From contig OY970342.1 in assembly GCA_963717505.1 (NCBI GenBank), forward strand, positions 3,648,001-3,712,000: DNA of 64,000 nt, given 5' to 3'. This stretch comes from Candidatus Eiseniibacteriota bacterium. GTDB lineage: Bacteria; Eisenbacteria; RBG-16-71-46. The translations under genes were made by a program, and so were the position numbers. Shown here one piece after another: positions 7,822 through 18,763 of this stretch (the first letter of the stretch is position 1; each line of letters starts with the position of its first letter). The notes below the pieces were generated by a model. The model saw only the letters and a program-made list of their open reading frames with translations, did not search any database and was not told the origin of the DNA.

Positions 7822-10488
7822 ATGAGCGGATCGACGCCGCTGCCCACCCGCATCGGGCCTTATCCCATCGAGCGCGAAGTCGGGCGCGGCGGCATGGGCA
7901 TCGTCTACCTGGGGCGCGACACGCGGCTCGACCGCCCGGTGGCGATCAAGGTGCTGCCCGCGGCGTTCGCCAGCGACCCCGAGCGTCTGGCGCGATTCGA
8001 GCGCGAAGCCCGGCTCCTGGCCTCGCTCCACCATCCCAACGTCGCCGGGATCTTCGGGCTCGAGGAGTCGGGCGGACACCGCTTCCTGGTGCTCGAATAC
8101 GTCGAGGGCGAAACCCTGGCGCAGCGCATCTCCCGGGGCCCGCTGCCGGTGGACGAGGCCGTGGACGTCTGCCGGCAGATCGCGGCGGCACTCGAGGCAG
8201 CCCACGAAGGCGGAGTCATCCACCGCGACCTGAAACCCGGCAACGTCAAGCTGACGCCGAGCGGAGAGGTCAAGGTTCTCGACTTCGGCCTCGCCAAGGG
8301 CGGAGCGGGATCGGGCGCGAGTTCGGATCCCTCGCTCAGCGGCTCGCCGACCATCGCCCTGTCGCAAGCGACGGGCGTCGGAGTGATCCTCGGCACCGCC
8401 GCGTACATGAGCCCGGAACAGGCGCGCGGGCGTTCCGTGGATCGCCGCACCGACATCTGGTCGTTCGGCTGCGTGCTCTACGAATGCCTGACCGGGCGCC
8501 AGGCGTTCGCGGGCGAGACGATTTCGGATGTCATCGCCCTCATCCTACAGGGCACGCCTGATTGGAAGGCCCTGCCCGCGAATCTGCCGCAACGGCTGCG
8601 CGACCTGATGACACGCTGCCTGACCAAGGACGCGAAGCAACGCCTGCGTGACATCGGTGAAGCGCGCCTGATCCTCGAGGGCGGCGACGTGTCCTCGATG
8701 TCGGGCGTCGCCGCATCAGCCGCCGGTACCGCCCAAGCGCGACCGGCGCCGCGTCTCGCATACGCGCTGGCAGCGGCGTTCGCGCTCAGCACCCTCGGGC
8801 TCGCGGCGCTGTTGTTCCTGCGCCCCCCGAAGTCCGAGCCGGTTCTCAGGCTGACCCTGTCCGCGCCAACCACGACCTATTCCAGTCGCGACCCGTCCCT
8901 TGCCGCGATTTCCCCTGACGGCAGGATGGTCGTGATCGCCGCGGCCGATTCCGCGGGCAGCTCCGCCTTGTGGCTGAGGGCACTCGACGGCACCGACGGG
9001 CGCACTCTCCCGGGCACCGAGGATGGCGCGCTCCCGTTCTGGTCCCCGGACGGCCGACACGTGGTATTCGCCACTCAGGACAAGCTCAAGAAGCTCGACA
9101 TCCGGGGCGGAACTCCGGAGGTGCTGTGCTCGGTCGCGAGCTACGGGCGCGGGGGAAGCTGGGGATCGCAGGACGTCATCGTGTTCGCCGCCGGATCGGA
9201 AGGGTCACTGTTCAGCGTGTCGAAAGACGGTGGCACGCCGAAACCGGTCACCGTTCTCGACTCCACCGAAACCGGACATCGCTTCCCCCGCTTCCTCCCC
9301 GATGGCCGGCACTTCCTATTCGCGTCGATGCCAGCGCGCGGACTCCAGTTCGACATCTTCGTGGGTTCGATCGATTCGCCGCTGCGCGAGAAGCTCATGA
9401 TCGCCGACGGCACGCCGGTGTACGTGGAGCCGGGCTACCTGCTCTATGTGCGGAATGGACGGGTCGTCGCCCATCGCTTCGACCCCCGCTCCCGCAAACT
9501 GATCGGAGAGCCCGTGGCGCTGGTGGATGAGCCCCATCGGACCGAGTTCCTCGGATCGCCTGTGGTGATCGCGGCGCCGCACGGCCCGCTCCTTTACTAC
9601 AGGCACGTACCAGTTCAGACCAAGATCGTCTGGCTTGACCGATCGGGGCGCGAATCAGAACGACTGCCGCTGCCCCCCGGGCCCTACCAGAGCGTCTACC
9701 TGTCGCCCGATGGCGAACGGGCGGTTGTCGTACGGAGATCCTCGCCCAGTGAATCCGACCTTTGGCTGGTGGACCTCGAGGGCATGGCCATGACCCGGCT
9801 CACCCATGGCTCCGGTCTCGTGGACCGTCCAACTTGGTCTCCGGACGGGTCACGCATCGCGTTCGCGACCGATCGCGATGGACACTGGGACATCTACGAG
9901 AAGGCCGTGGATGGATCGGGTGCCGAGCAGCCGATTCTCCAGGGAGGGTCGCTCCTCAAATACCCGGGCGGCTGGTCTCCCGACGGCCACACGCTCGTGT
10001 TCGAGCAAATCAGCGAGAAGAATGGATGGGATATCTGGATGATGTCCACCCAGGGCGACCGTACTCCCCGCCCACTGCTCGCGACCTCGTTCGACGAGCA
10101 ATGGGCGGAGGTCTCGCCAGACGGTCGTTGGCTCGCCTATTCCTCGAACGAATCCGGCCGCCCCGAGGTCTACCTCCAGGCCTTTCCTGGTATGGGCCAC
10201 AAACACCAGATCTCCACGTCCGGCGGGTTTGCACCCAAATGGCGTTCGGACGGTCGCGAAATTGTCTTCGCCAGCAGTGCGGGTGCGGCGTTCCTCGAGA
10301 TCAGCCCCGACCGAGGACAGGGAATCGGAAATTCTCGCACGTTGGAGTTCGCTGACGAGATCGTCTGGGCGGATCTGACGCCAGACTTCAGCCGCCTGAT
10401 CGGCCTCGCGGGAGTGGCGTCGTCTCGCCCGACCGACGACCTCACGGTCGTGCTCAACTGGAGATCCGAGCTGGGCCGTCGCGAGTGA
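7822..10488 (+). CDS. Ser/Thr protein kinase with TM and C-terminal TolB/PD40 beta-propeller repeats
   Basis: GRGGMG, VAIK, HRDLKPGN, DFGLAK, YMSPEQ; repeated WSPDG/SPDG. Confidence 0.93.
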   Translation: MSGSTPLPTRIGPYPIEREVGRGGMGIVYLGRDTRLDRPVAIKVLPAAFASDPERLARFEREARLLASLHHPNVAGIFGLEESGGHRFLVLEYVEGETLAQRISRGPLPVDEAVDVCRQIAAALEAAHEGGVIHRDLKPGNVKLTPSGEVKVLDFGLAKGGAGSGASSDPSLSGSPTIALSQATGVGVILGTAAYMSPEQARGRSVDRRTDIWSFGCVLYECLTGRQAFAGETISDVIALILQGTPDWKALPANLPQRLRDLMTRCLTKDAKQRLRDIGEARLILEGGDVSSMSGVAASAAGTAQARPAPRLAYALAAAFALSTLGLAALLFLRPPKSEPVLRLTLSAPTTTYSSRDPSLAAISPDGRMVVIAAADSAGSSALWLRALDGTDGRTLPGTEDGALPFWSPDGRHVVFATQDKLKKLDIRGGTPEVLCSVASYGRGGSWGSQDVIVFAAGSEGSLFSVSKDGGTPKPVTVLDSTETGHRFPRFLPDGRHFLFASMPARGLQFDIFVGSIDSPLREKLMIADGTPVYVEPGYLLYVRNGRVVAHRFDPRSRKLIGEPVALVDEPHRTEFLGSPVVIAAPHGPLLYYRHVPVQTKIVWLDRSGRESERLPLPPGPYQSVYLSPDGERAVVVRRSSPSESDLWLVDLEGMAMTRLTHGSGLVDRPTWSPDGSRIAFATDRDGHWDIYEKAVDGSGAEQPILQGGSLLKYPGGWSPDGHTLVFEQISEKNGWDIWMMSTQGDRTPRPLLATSFDEQWAEVSPDGRWLAYSSNESGRPEVYLQAFPGMGHKHQISTSGGFAPKWRSDGREIVFASSAGAAFLEISPDRGQGIGNSRTLEFADEIVWADLTPDFSRLIGLAGVASSRPTDDLTVVLNWRSELGRRE

Positions 10489-11018
10489 GCGCCGCCAAGG
10501 AAACCCACGACCCGGGATCGATCGCTTTTCTCGAGCACGAGGGATTCGAGGGTTTTCGCACCGTGGCGCAATTGCACGCCGGCGGCTGCATGGAGATCCC
10601 GAACCTCCGGGGCATCTACGCGATGGTGCGTGAGTCGCTCGAACCGCCGGTGTTCCTGCCGAAAAGCCCGGCGGCGCGGTTTCGCGACACCGATCCGACC
10701 GTTCCGGTCGACGAGCTGAAGAAGCTCTGGGTGCCAGGCGCCCAGGTTCTCTACTTCGGTCGCGCCCGCGGACCCGGCGTGCGCACGCTGCTCAGGCAGC
10801 GCGTGAAGCGTTACCTGCGCTTCGGCTACGGGCGGCACGTCGCCCACTGGGATGGCAGGGCGATCTGGCAGCTGAGCGACCGCTCAGCCCTGCGGGTCGC
10901 GTGGATGCCGACGCCGGACGACGACCCGGCCCGCGCCGAGGAGGAGTACGAGGCCGGCTTCGAACGGCACTATGGCGCGTTGCCCTTCGCCAACCTGAAG
11001 CACGGGCGCGAGGACTGA
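10485..11018 (+). CDS. GIY-YIG-like protein (putative nuclease)
   Basis: GIY..., VLYFGRA, LRQRV, a late Glu and PFAN follow the GIY-YIG motif order; GTGA overlap with the kinase stop. Confidence 0.6.
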   Translation: MSAAKETHDPGSIAFLEHEGFEGFRTVAQLHAGGCMEIPNLRGIYAMVRESLEPPVFLPKSPAARFRDTDPTVPVDELKKLWVPGAQVLYFGRARGPGVRTLLRQRVKRYLRFGYGRHVAHWDGRAIWQLSDRSALRVAWMPTPDDDPARAEEEYEAGFERHYGALPFANLKHGRED

Positions 11019-11223
11019 GTGCGCGACGCGGTGCGCGCTGCCGCCGCGGCTGGGGATCGACGATCGGCGATGACGATCCTGCAGGTGCGATGTGCCAGCC
11101 CGTCAGATGCATGACCGAATGGCAGAGTGGCAGGCTCAGGTTTCGTTCCTCGGGGCGCCATCAGCCACTCTTCATGCGCCACATTGCGGGTACCCGGACT
11201 TGGTCATATGGTCGTCGGGACTC

Positions 11224-11238
11224 TGGCTCGCAAGTTGC
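11224..11238 (+). promoter_or_regulatory. Sigma54 -24/-12 promoter
   Basis: TGGCTCGCAAGTTGC (GG-N10-GC with TTGC) about 55 bp before the cytochrome c start. Confidence 0.65.
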
Positions 11239-11291
11239 CTGAGTTTGGCAAGCGCTGGTGACGGTGTCGGCCCTAGATGAAAGGGAGCGTC

Positions 11292-12074
11292 ATGAACATC
11301 GTGAGGCTGACCAGCTTTGCGTTGTTGCTTTGGGGACTCGCCGGAGTCGTGGTCGCGTGCCAGACCCGGCAATCAAAGACTGAGAGCCAGGTCGCTTCGA
11401 GTTCGGCGCAGCCCGTGTACACCGAGGCCGGACAGCAGGCGTACCTCGCGAATTGCGCCGTGTGCCACGGGGAGTGGGGCGAAGGAGATGGGCCCCTCGC
11501 CCCGGATCTCGTGAAGTTCTCGGCCGTGGCGCCCGCGCAGCTCAACAACGTGGCACGACTCCAGGAGTTGGGCCGTGACCAGTTGGTGAGCATCATCACG
11601 CTGGGCGGAGGCGGCACCCATCGCTCCAACCTGATGCCGCCGTGGGGCAACCGCCTCAAGTCCGAGGTCATCGGCGAGATCGCCGACTATGTCATGGCAC
11701 TTCCCAGCCTCAAGCCCGGGATCCCGAGAGCCACGATAGAAAAGTATCTCCAGGCCGAGCCCGGCACGCCTGCCGAGGGCCGCAAGCTCTTCGTGTTCTA
11801 CTGCACGATGTGTCACGGCCCATACGGTGAAGGGAACGGGTTCCTGGCCGACAGCCTGTGGGCGCGCTACAACGTCCGGCCCAGGGACCTGACCGACAGT
11901 CTCTACTTCGCCAACAAGTCGGATCAGGAGATGTACGTGACGATCGCGCACGGCGGAGGATACACGCGCCATTCTTTCGTCATGCCCGCGTGGTCCGTGA
12001 CGCTCGCGCCGGACAAGATCAAGGACCTGGTGAGCTACGTCCGTTCGATCTCGAGGACGAAGTCACGTCCTTAG
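11292..12074 (+). CDS. Di-heme c-type cytochrome, probable lipoprotein
   Basis: CAVCH and CTMCH, each followed later by MPxW; lipobox-like VVAC; AAGGGAG RBS. Confidence 0.88.
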   Translation: MNIVRLTSFALLLWGLAGVVVACQTRQSKTESQVASSSAQPVYTEAGQQAYLANCAVCHGEWGEGDGPLAPDLVKFSAVAPAQLNNVARLQELGRDQLVSIITLGGGGTHRSNLMPPWGNRLKSEVIGEIADYVMALPSLKPGIPRATIEKYLQAEPGTPAEGRKLFVFYCTMCHGPYGEGNGFLADSLWARYNVRPRDLTDSLYFANKSDQEMYVTIAHGGGYTRHSFVMPAWSVTLAPDKIKDLVSYVRSISRTKSRP

Positions 12075-12082
12075 TGCCGCTC

Positions 12083-12967
12083 TCAGTGTGGCGGGATTGC
12101 ATGACTGAGCACCATCCCGGTCACGCGAATCGGGATGACTTCGGCCTTCGCCTCGCCTCGGCAGCGGATTGTGGCGAGCCAGAGGTTCGCGTCACGACGA
12201 CCGACGATGAGCCCGCTCAGGACCTCCCAACGTCCTGTCCCCGACGCACCGGGCGGCAGCACGAACAGGGTCGGGCGGTCGGAGTCGCCTATCGAACAGT
12301 CCTCGTGCTTCCAGTCCAGGACCAGCGTCGAATCCCACTCCTCGGCCTCTTCCCGCAGGGCGTCCAGCCACGCGAACCGCGCGGACGATCGAGCGGCCGA
12401 GACCGAGTCGGCAAACGAGCCTAGGCGTATCGAGTAGAGCAACGCGGTCGAATCGTGTTCGAGGCCCGTGAAAAGAGTGATAACAGACTCAGGAGGCGCG
12501 GGCCGGCTGCGGTCGAATACCGGTCCCGGCCGAAGCGGCCCGCGCGGTGTCATTGCCAGATGAATTGGCGACTTCGTCAGAAGCTCCGCCAGCCCCGTGT
12601 CCGCGTCGATTCGCTTCTGGCATGCCACCGCCATCGCCAGGCCATGGGCCATCGCGTCCCACATTGCTCGGAGATCGGCCGCGTAGAGGGAGTCGACGGC
12701 CGGCGTCCGCGGGAACGATCCTGGGACCGGATACACATCGTTGTAGATGAACCACAGTTCACTCGACTTGGCCTCGAATAGGTTCTCGCAAGACGCGGAG
12801 GTTGGCTGAGGAAGGGCCATCGTCATGGCCATGGCGAGGATCACGAGAACCGGCTTCGCTAGCGTGCTGGGCTCGGGATTCCTGTCGCGCAACCCGGATC
12901 GACGTCCAGGACGCGCGATGGGCCGGACGTCGTTCGAGCCTCGACACGGCAGTAATCGACTGCGCAT
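12083..12967 (-). CDS. Hypothetical protein, probably secreted (true start uncertain, possibly near 12832)
   Basis: Only long ORF filling the gap; hydrophobic segment then ASC. Confidence 0.5.
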   Translation of the reverse strand: MRSRLLPCRGSNDVRPIARPGRRSGLRDRNPEPSTLAKPVLVILAMAMTMALPQPTSASCENLFEAKSSELWFIYNDVYPVPGSFPRTPAVDSLYAADLRAMWDAMAHGLAMAVACQKRIDADTGLAELLTKSPIHLAMTPRGPLRPGPVFDRSRPAPPESVITLFTGLEHDSTALLYSIRLGSFADSVSAARSSARFAWLDALREEAEEWDSTLVLDWKHEDCSIGDSDRPTLFVLPPGASGTGRWEVLSGLIVGRRDANLWLATIRCRGEAKAEVIPIRVTGMVLSHAIPPH

Positions 12968-13179
12968 TGAGCCAAGCCCTTCTGCTTCGTGGGGGTTTGC
13001 TTCGACCGGCGCACGAGCCTGTTGCTCCGCCGCTGCGCAGGAGTATAGTTCCGAATCTCAACGGATTCCGATCGCAGCTGAGCTGCGCGGACCCGGATCG
13101 CGCCGGAGTTGCGGGCGCACGGCCGACCTCCCGACATCCGCCCGTGGCGTGCACGCCACGCCCACCTCCGGAGGGTCGC

Positions 13180-14904
13180 ATGGCCGCCCCTGTACGTCGC
13201 CTGCTGTTTGCCGTCGCTTGCATCACCGCCGCGCTTTGCCTCGGATGCAGCAGTGACGAGAGCAACCCCATGGCCCCGGGCTCGTACGACGATTCGTCGC
13301 TGCGGGCCGCGGACAGCCTGCTCGCACTTGCCATCGCCGCCGAGATGGACTCCGATCCGCAACGACCCTCCGACATCGATCTGAACGTGCCCTACGCGGC
13401 GTACAGCACGGCACTCGCCTCCCCCAACCTCTCCCCTTCGAATCGCCTGCGCGCCCGCTTTGGGGTCGCGGTGTTGTCGATGATGATCCTCGCCACTGAC
13501 ACCGAGGTGAACGCCGCCTTCGACGAATGGTCCGCTTACCTGGAAAACCGGATCCCATTCGAAGCGCCTGGGTCCATCAGCTCCTTCGGCATTCCCTCGG
13601 GTCTCGCGGGCGGGCGGCGCGCGCTCGGCCTGCCGTTCGATGTCGTGCCGCGGTCGATCGTCGCGCAGGTCCATTTGACGCTGGGAGCGCCCGATCCGCA
13701 GATCAGCCGGATTCAGGCGATCCTGCGCGACCGCGTGCTGCCGCGACTCACGGAAGTGGTGAACCACCTGAATATCGTCACGGCCGATCCGGCCTTCCAA
13801 TTCATCGTCACCCCCGAGATGCAGGGGGATCCTCTGGCCTCTCCGATCGAGATCGACCGCACCGATGCACTCGCGCTGCGTGCTGCGAGCCGGCTGCTCG
13901 CGGCCATGTGCCACGTGGCGGTTGCCTATGAACTCAACTTCCCGGCCTACGACCAGGCCAGCCTGCTCGAGGCGATCGAGCCCGGAAGCGACTGGCTGGC
14001 CCTGCTCGGGAACGGCGCGTCACACATGCAGGGGGCGCACGGCGACCTGGTCGGATCGGTCGACGACGTGGGGCTGGCGATCCAGTCGCTTCTGGCCGAG
14101 TCCGACGATCAGGACGACGACGTGATCCGCGTCGGCCCCAGCGACCTCTCCCAGGCCTCGCTCGACTCGATCCAGACCCGGCTCGCACAGGTGCGGCAGG
14201 GGCTCACCAGCGGCTTCACGCTCACCGACGACTGGGACGGCAACGCGGGGACGCCCGATGTTCCGCTGACGATCAACGTGCGCGGGCTGTTCGACACACC
14301 CGTCCAGGACTGGAAGGCACTGCTCCCGCCGTACACGGGATCGGTAGTCGAGCGTCCGTTCGACCACAGTACGGTCTTCACCTACGAGCCGCAGCAGGTG
14401 CAGTTCACGGTCCCGTCGACCGCGTCCTACAACGGCTACTACACCCTCAACGTCTCGGGAGGAAACGTTCAGGAGTACTCCGGGGGCAGCGCCGAGATCG
14501 TGGATCCACTCAGGGCCATGATCCAGGCCCGCTACGCGAACGTCGTGGCACAACCCGAATGGGCGGGCGACTACGCCGGCTCGTCGTCGTTCTTCGGCAA
14601 CCTGACCGCAGGGAGCCAGCAGGCTTCGGTCGACGTCTCAGAGTACTACTCGATCGCGACCCACTTCGTATACGTCCCCGTGATCACGTGGGATGCGACC
14701 CAGTACTCGGAGTGGCAGTTCCCCGACCCGACCTTCAGCGGGCTGCTGCCGGGATTCACGAGCACGGACGATCTGCTCTCGACGTTCGGCTACGACCCCG
14801 CGACCTGGGAGCAAGTCGTGGTGCTCGATTGGACCGGCGGCGGTTCACCGGCCGCTCACGCCGCCCTTCGGCCGGCACGCCGGCTCGCGGTCCGCGCGCG
14901 GTGA
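13180..14904 (+). CDS. Uncharacterised acidic lipoprotein
   Basis: GGAGG RBS, ATG 13180, lipobox-like LCLGC-SSD; Asp-rich body. Confidence 0.8.
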   Translation: MAAPVRRLLFAVACITAALCLGCSSDESNPMAPGSYDDSSLRAADSLLALAIAAEMDSDPQRPSDIDLNVPYAAYSTALASPNLSPSNRLRARFGVAVLSMMILATDTEVNAAFDEWSAYLENRIPFEAPGSISSFGIPSGLAGGRRALGLPFDVVPRSIVAQVHLTLGAPDPQISRIQAILRDRVLPRLTEVVNHLNIVTADPAFQFIVTPEMQGDPLASPIEIDRTDALALRAASRLLAAMCHVAVAYELNFPAYDQASLLEAIEPGSDWLALLGNGASHMQGAHGDLVGSVDDVGLAIQSLLAESDDQDDDVIRVGPSDLSQASLDSIQTRLAQVRQGLTSGFTLTDDWDGNAGTPDVPLTINVRGLFDTPVQDWKALLPPYTGSVVERPFDHSTVFTYEPQQVQFTVPSTASYNGYYTLNVSGGNVQEYSGGSAEIVDPLRAMIQARYANVVAQPEWAGDYAGSSSFFGNLTAGSQQASVDVSEYYSIATHFVYVPVITWDATQYSEWQFPDPTFSGLLPGFTSTDDLLSTFGYDPATWEQVVVLDWTGGGSPAAHAALRPARRLAVRAR

Positions 14905-16415
14905 GATTCGCGGCGCTGTTCGGGGCGGTACTCGCCCTCGCGATCACGCCGAGCCTGGCCCGGGCGAACCCCGGTGCGGCGGGCGAGTTCAGCGGTCTGC
15001 TGCGCCCCGGGAGTCGTCTGGACCTGGGCCTGGGTGGGGACCCGTTCCGTTCACCGCTCGACGACCAGTGCGGATGGTGGGGGAACCCGGGCTTCACCGC
15101 GGTGTCCGGCGTCCGAACCTGGTCGCGCGCGAGCGAGCCGGTCTCGCCGAACGCGGGAGGCGGCAGCCGGCTGAGCACGGGCGAAGTCTCGTGGCGCATC
15201 GACGGGGTCCGGCGCTTCGCCGACAGGACGATCTGGTTCTCGGGCGGGATGTCGCAGCCTCGCTGGAACGGGGCGCTCGATCTCCCGGACGGCGGCGTTC
15301 AACTCGTCGGCGATCGAACGAGGACAGTGGCGGCGCTCCGGATCGGCGACCTCCTGCCGGGACTCGACGCTCAAGCAACCACGCCGCTCTGGAACGAGTC
15401 CGGCATGCCGGGATCTGCGGACGCGGGCGCGGGACTCCGCTATCGGCCCATGCGCGGACTCCGGGCGCAGGCATCGTGGTCGCTGGCCCGATTGCCAGAG
15501 ATTCTAGAGTCCGATATCTACGAACAGGCCCTATCCGCCCCGATCAACCTGCGCTCCCATCGCATGAACGCGGACGTGAGAATCGGCCCGGTGCGGCGTC
15601 TGGACCTCGAAGCCTCGATCGGCCGCTCGCGCTTCAACCCCGACACGCCGAGGAGCGATGCGTTCCAGTATCAGATCGAGCCCGCAGGGCGGACGGAGGT
15701 GGACCAGGTCTCCCTCGAATGGGCCGCCCGCCGCGGGCTGCGTCTGCTGGCGCGCGGAACGCGCGACGCGCTGGACATCGAGAGCGATGTGTCGTGGGGC
15801 GGCGAGCGTTTCGGTCGCCTCGACTACGCAAAGGCCGAGCTGCGCTCGATGCTGATCGCGATGGACGCCCGACTCCCCTCGGGCGGCCGGATCGTGCTCG
15901 ACGTCGAGCGCGTGAGCGCCAAAGCCCGCGCGCGGGGAACGCTCGAAACCTGGCCGTTCACCTCGACGGAATTGGATCTGCTGGGCCTGCGGTTCCTGGG
16001 CCGGGCCGAGGGACGCGCGCGCTGGGATCGTGTCCATACCGGAATCGAGAGGCCGCTCGGTGGCGCGGGCCGATTCGCGCTCGGCGTCAACGGGTACGAC
16101 ATGCACATCGACGGCTTCATCGAGACCTGGCGGCCGCTGTTCCTGGTGTTCGGCCGCACGGATGTCCAAACCGTACGCCCCGGGTTCGACCGGGCGCAGC
16201 TCGCCGCACTGTCACTCGGGTGGTCTCGGCCGATCGCGGGGCTCGAACTCGGTGTCGCGCTCGAGCAGTTCGTGTTCGCGAAGACGTACGGCTCACCCGC
16301 GGGCGATGACGCGCCGGAAATCGAGTCGGCCCCTCCTGCTCCCGGGCGACCTGAAGCCAAACGCGGCTGGCCTGGAGGCACGAGCCTCGAGATCCACATC
16401 GGCCATCGGTTCTGA
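14901..16415 (+). CDS. Uncharacterised outer membrane beta-barrel protein
   Basis: GTGA coupling to the lipoprotein; signal peptide ending ARA; alternating beta strands; C-terminal IHIGHRF. Confidence 0.7.
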   Translation: MRFAALFGAVLALAITPSLARANPGAAGEFSGLLRPGSRLDLGLGGDPFRSPLDDQCGWWGNPGFTAVSGVRTWSRASEPVSPNAGGGSRLSTGEVSWRIDGVRRFADRTIWFSGGMSQPRWNGALDLPDGGVQLVGDRTRTVAALRIGDLLPGLDAQATTPLWNESGMPGSADAGAGLRYRPMRGLRAQASWSLARLPEILESDIYEQALSAPINLRSHRMNADVRIGPVRRLDLEASIGRSRFNPDTPRSDAFQYQIEPAGRTEVDQVSLEWAARRGLRLLARGTRDALDIESDVSWGGERFGRLDYAKAELRSMLIAMDARLPSGGRIVLDVERVSAKARARGTLETWPFTSTELDLLGLRFLGRAEGRARWDRVHTGIERPLGGAGRFALGVNGYDMHIDGFIETWRPLFLVFGRTDVQTVRPGFDRAQLAALSLGWSRPIAGLELGVALEQFVFAKTYGSPAGDDAPEIESAPPAPGRPEAKRGWPGGTSLEIHIGHRF

Positions 16416-16440
16416 AACCGTGCTGGCGTGACTGCGCGCC

Positions 16441-18675
16441 TCAGGAGGGGTCCGGCACCGCCGGATAGAGGCGCTCGAATTCCGGCTCGCCGTGCAACGA
16501 CTGAAGGTCGGGATCACGTCGCGCCCAGATGGGATCACGATATCCAGCCTTCCAGGCCTTGCTCATCGCGTCCAGGGCCTCGGCCTTCCGGTTGAGCAGG
16601 CAGAACGTGCACGCGGCGTTGTAGTGCACCATCGCCTCGTCGGGTCTCAGCACCATGGCCAGCCTCGCCTCGCGCAGGGCATCGTCGGCGCGGTCCATCA
16701 TCGCGTAGTAGGCGGCCAGCAGGGTACGGGCGCGCGCATCCTCGGGCATCTCCTTCAAATGGCTCTCGAGCGCGAGCATGGCCCTTTGCCTCACGTTCCG
16801 GAGCGCTTCCTCTTTGCCCAGCGTGTTGAGGGCGTTCATGATCGGCACGTAGACGTTGTAGTCCGTGCCACTCGCTTCCAACGCGGCATCCGCCATCGCC
16901 ACGACCTCGTGATGACGGCCCGCCGAGAACAGGGCGCGCAAGATGAGATAGTAGGCACCCTCGCAATCGCTCTTTCGCTCGATGGCGAGGCGGGCGCAGC
17001 GAATCGATTCCTCGACCCTGGCGCTCGCATAGTGGATCCAGCCCTGGGCGACCTGCACCTCCGGCAGCTCCGGCTGCAGCGTCACAGCCCGTTCGCACGC
17101 CGCCTGCGCCCGATCGATCCACGCGAGTTCGCGATCGTATAGGTAGTAGTAGCTCGCGCAGACGTTGGCGATTGCCGCAAAGGCGAGCGCGAACAGCGGA
17201 TCCTGAGCGACGGCGCTCTCGAACATTTGCAGCGCGAAGTCGGCGTCGTGCCGGGTCAGGCGGCGGGCGTAGCTCTTGCCGCGCAAATAGAGATCGTACG
17301 CCTGCAGATTCTCCGTGGGTTTGGCGGCCAGCGCCTCCTGCTCCTGAGGCGAGAGCGTGATCCGCAGGGCCTCGGCGATCTTGCGCGCGATCTCGTCCTG
17401 GACCTCGAAAACGTCCTTCATCTCGCGATCGTAACGCTCCGACCAGAGCGGGAAGTCGGTCTGCGTGTCGACCAGCTGGGCATTGATCCGCAGACGCGCG
17501 CCGGCACGGCGCAGGCTGCCTGCGAGCACGTAAGCCGCCTTGAGCTGCTGGCCGATCTGCGCCGGGGTCACCTGCTTGTCCCGATAGGCAAGCACGGTGG
17601 GACGCGAAAAGATGTTGAGCCCACGGATCTTGGAAAGCTCGGTGATGATGTCCTCCGTGATTCCGTCGCGGAAATACTCGTCCTCTTTGACCCCGCTCAA
17701 GTTCTCGAAGTAGAGGACGGCGATCGACTTCTCAGCCTGCTTGCGCGCCCCGCCGCGTGACTCACCCGCGTCCGCTGCTCGGCGTCCACCCGACTCCAGG
17801 TCGCGCTTGAGGCGGATCAGATCGGTCTTGAGCTCGGTGGCGGTCTGATACCGCATGTTGCGATCCTTCTCCAGTGCCTTCTCCAGGATCCTGCCCAGGG
17901 CCGGCGGCAGTGCGGGATTGATCGCATCGAGGGCAGGCGGGTCGCGGTTGAGGATCGCCTCGTAGATGACCGCAGAGGTCTCGCCCTCGAACGGCAGGAC
18001 GCCGGTGGCCATCTGGTAGAGCACAGTGCCGAAGGAAAACAGGTCGGTGCGCGCGTCGGTGAGTTGCCCGCGCGCCTGCTCCGGCGACATATAGGAGACG
18101 GTTCCCAGCGTAGTGCCGGGCATCGTGAGTTCGTCCCGCGGACCGACGGTTTCGAGCTGCGAGGCCACGGCGGCACTCGGCACCGCGCGCCGCTCGCCGC
18201 CGACTTTGGCCAGGCCAAAGTCCAGGATCTTTGCTTGAGCGCGGCCGGTCACGAAGATGTTGGCGGGCTTGATGTCCCGATGCACGATCCCCTTGGCATG
18301 CGCGGATTCGAGCGCATCGGCAATCTGAATCCCCAGGGCCACCGTCTCGTCCAGCGGAATCGGCCGGCCGGCCATCTTCTGGGCCAGGGTCTGGCCGTCG
18401 AGCAACTCCATCACGATGAAGTGCTGTTGCTCGTGCTGCTCGATCGCGAAGATCGTGCAGATTCCCGGGTGATTGAGCGCTGAGGACGCACGAGCCTCAC
18501 GTTGAAAACGCTCGAGTGATGCGGCGTCCTGCTTCATTTCGGGGCTCAGGAACTTGAGCGCCACCCGTCGGCCGAGCTTGGCGTCCTCGGCCTCGTAAAC
18601 CACACCCATTCCCCCGCTGCCCAACTGACGGACGATGGTGTAGTGACGAACGGTGTTGCCGATCAGGGGCTCCAT
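16441..18675 (-). CDS. Cytoplasmic Ser/Thr kinase with TolB_N-like and TPR domains
   Basis: [26 protein letters not shown]; [11 protein letters not shown]; TPRs ending RRDPDL. Confidence 0.93.
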   Translation of the reverse strand: MEPLIGNTVRHYTIVRQLGSGGMGVVYEAEDAKLGRRVALKFLSPEMKQDAASLERFQREARASSALNHPGICTIFAIEQHEQQHFIVMELLDGQTLAQKMAGRPIPLDETVALGIQIADALESAHAKGIVHRDIKPANIFVTGRAQAKILDFGLAKVGGERRAVPSAAVASQLETVGPRDELTMPGTTLGTVSYMSPEQARGQLTDARTDLFSFGTVLYQMATGVLPFEGETSAVIYEAILNRDPPALDAINPALPPALGRILEKALEKDRNMRYQTATELKTDLIRLKRDLESGGRRAADAGESRGGARKQAEKSIAVLYFENLSGVKEDEYFRDGITEDIITELSKIRGLNIFSRPTVLAYRDKQVTPAQIGQQLKAAYVLAGSLRRAGARLRINAQLVDTQTDFPLWSERYDREMKDVFEVQDEIARKIAEALRITLSPQEQEALAAKPTENLQAYDLYLRGKSYARRLTRHDADFALQMFESAVAQDPLFALAFAAIANVCASYYYLYDRELAWIDRAQAACERAVTLQPELPEVQVAQGWIHYASARVEESIRCARLAIERKSDCEGAYYLILRALFSAGRHHEVVAMADAALEASGTDYNVYVPIMNALNTLGKEEALRNVRQRAMLALESHLKEMPEDARARTLLAAYYAMMDRADDALREARLAMVLRPDEAMVHYNAACTFCLLNRKAEALDAMSKAWKAGYRDPIWARRDPDLQSLHGEPEFERLYPAVPDPS

Positions 18676-18763
18676 GAGAGACGCGATGCTAGGGGTCGGA
18701 GTTCCTGCGGTCAAGACATCGCCCCGCTCGGTCGCGCAACGCCAGGGTGGCTCTCTCCAAGGC

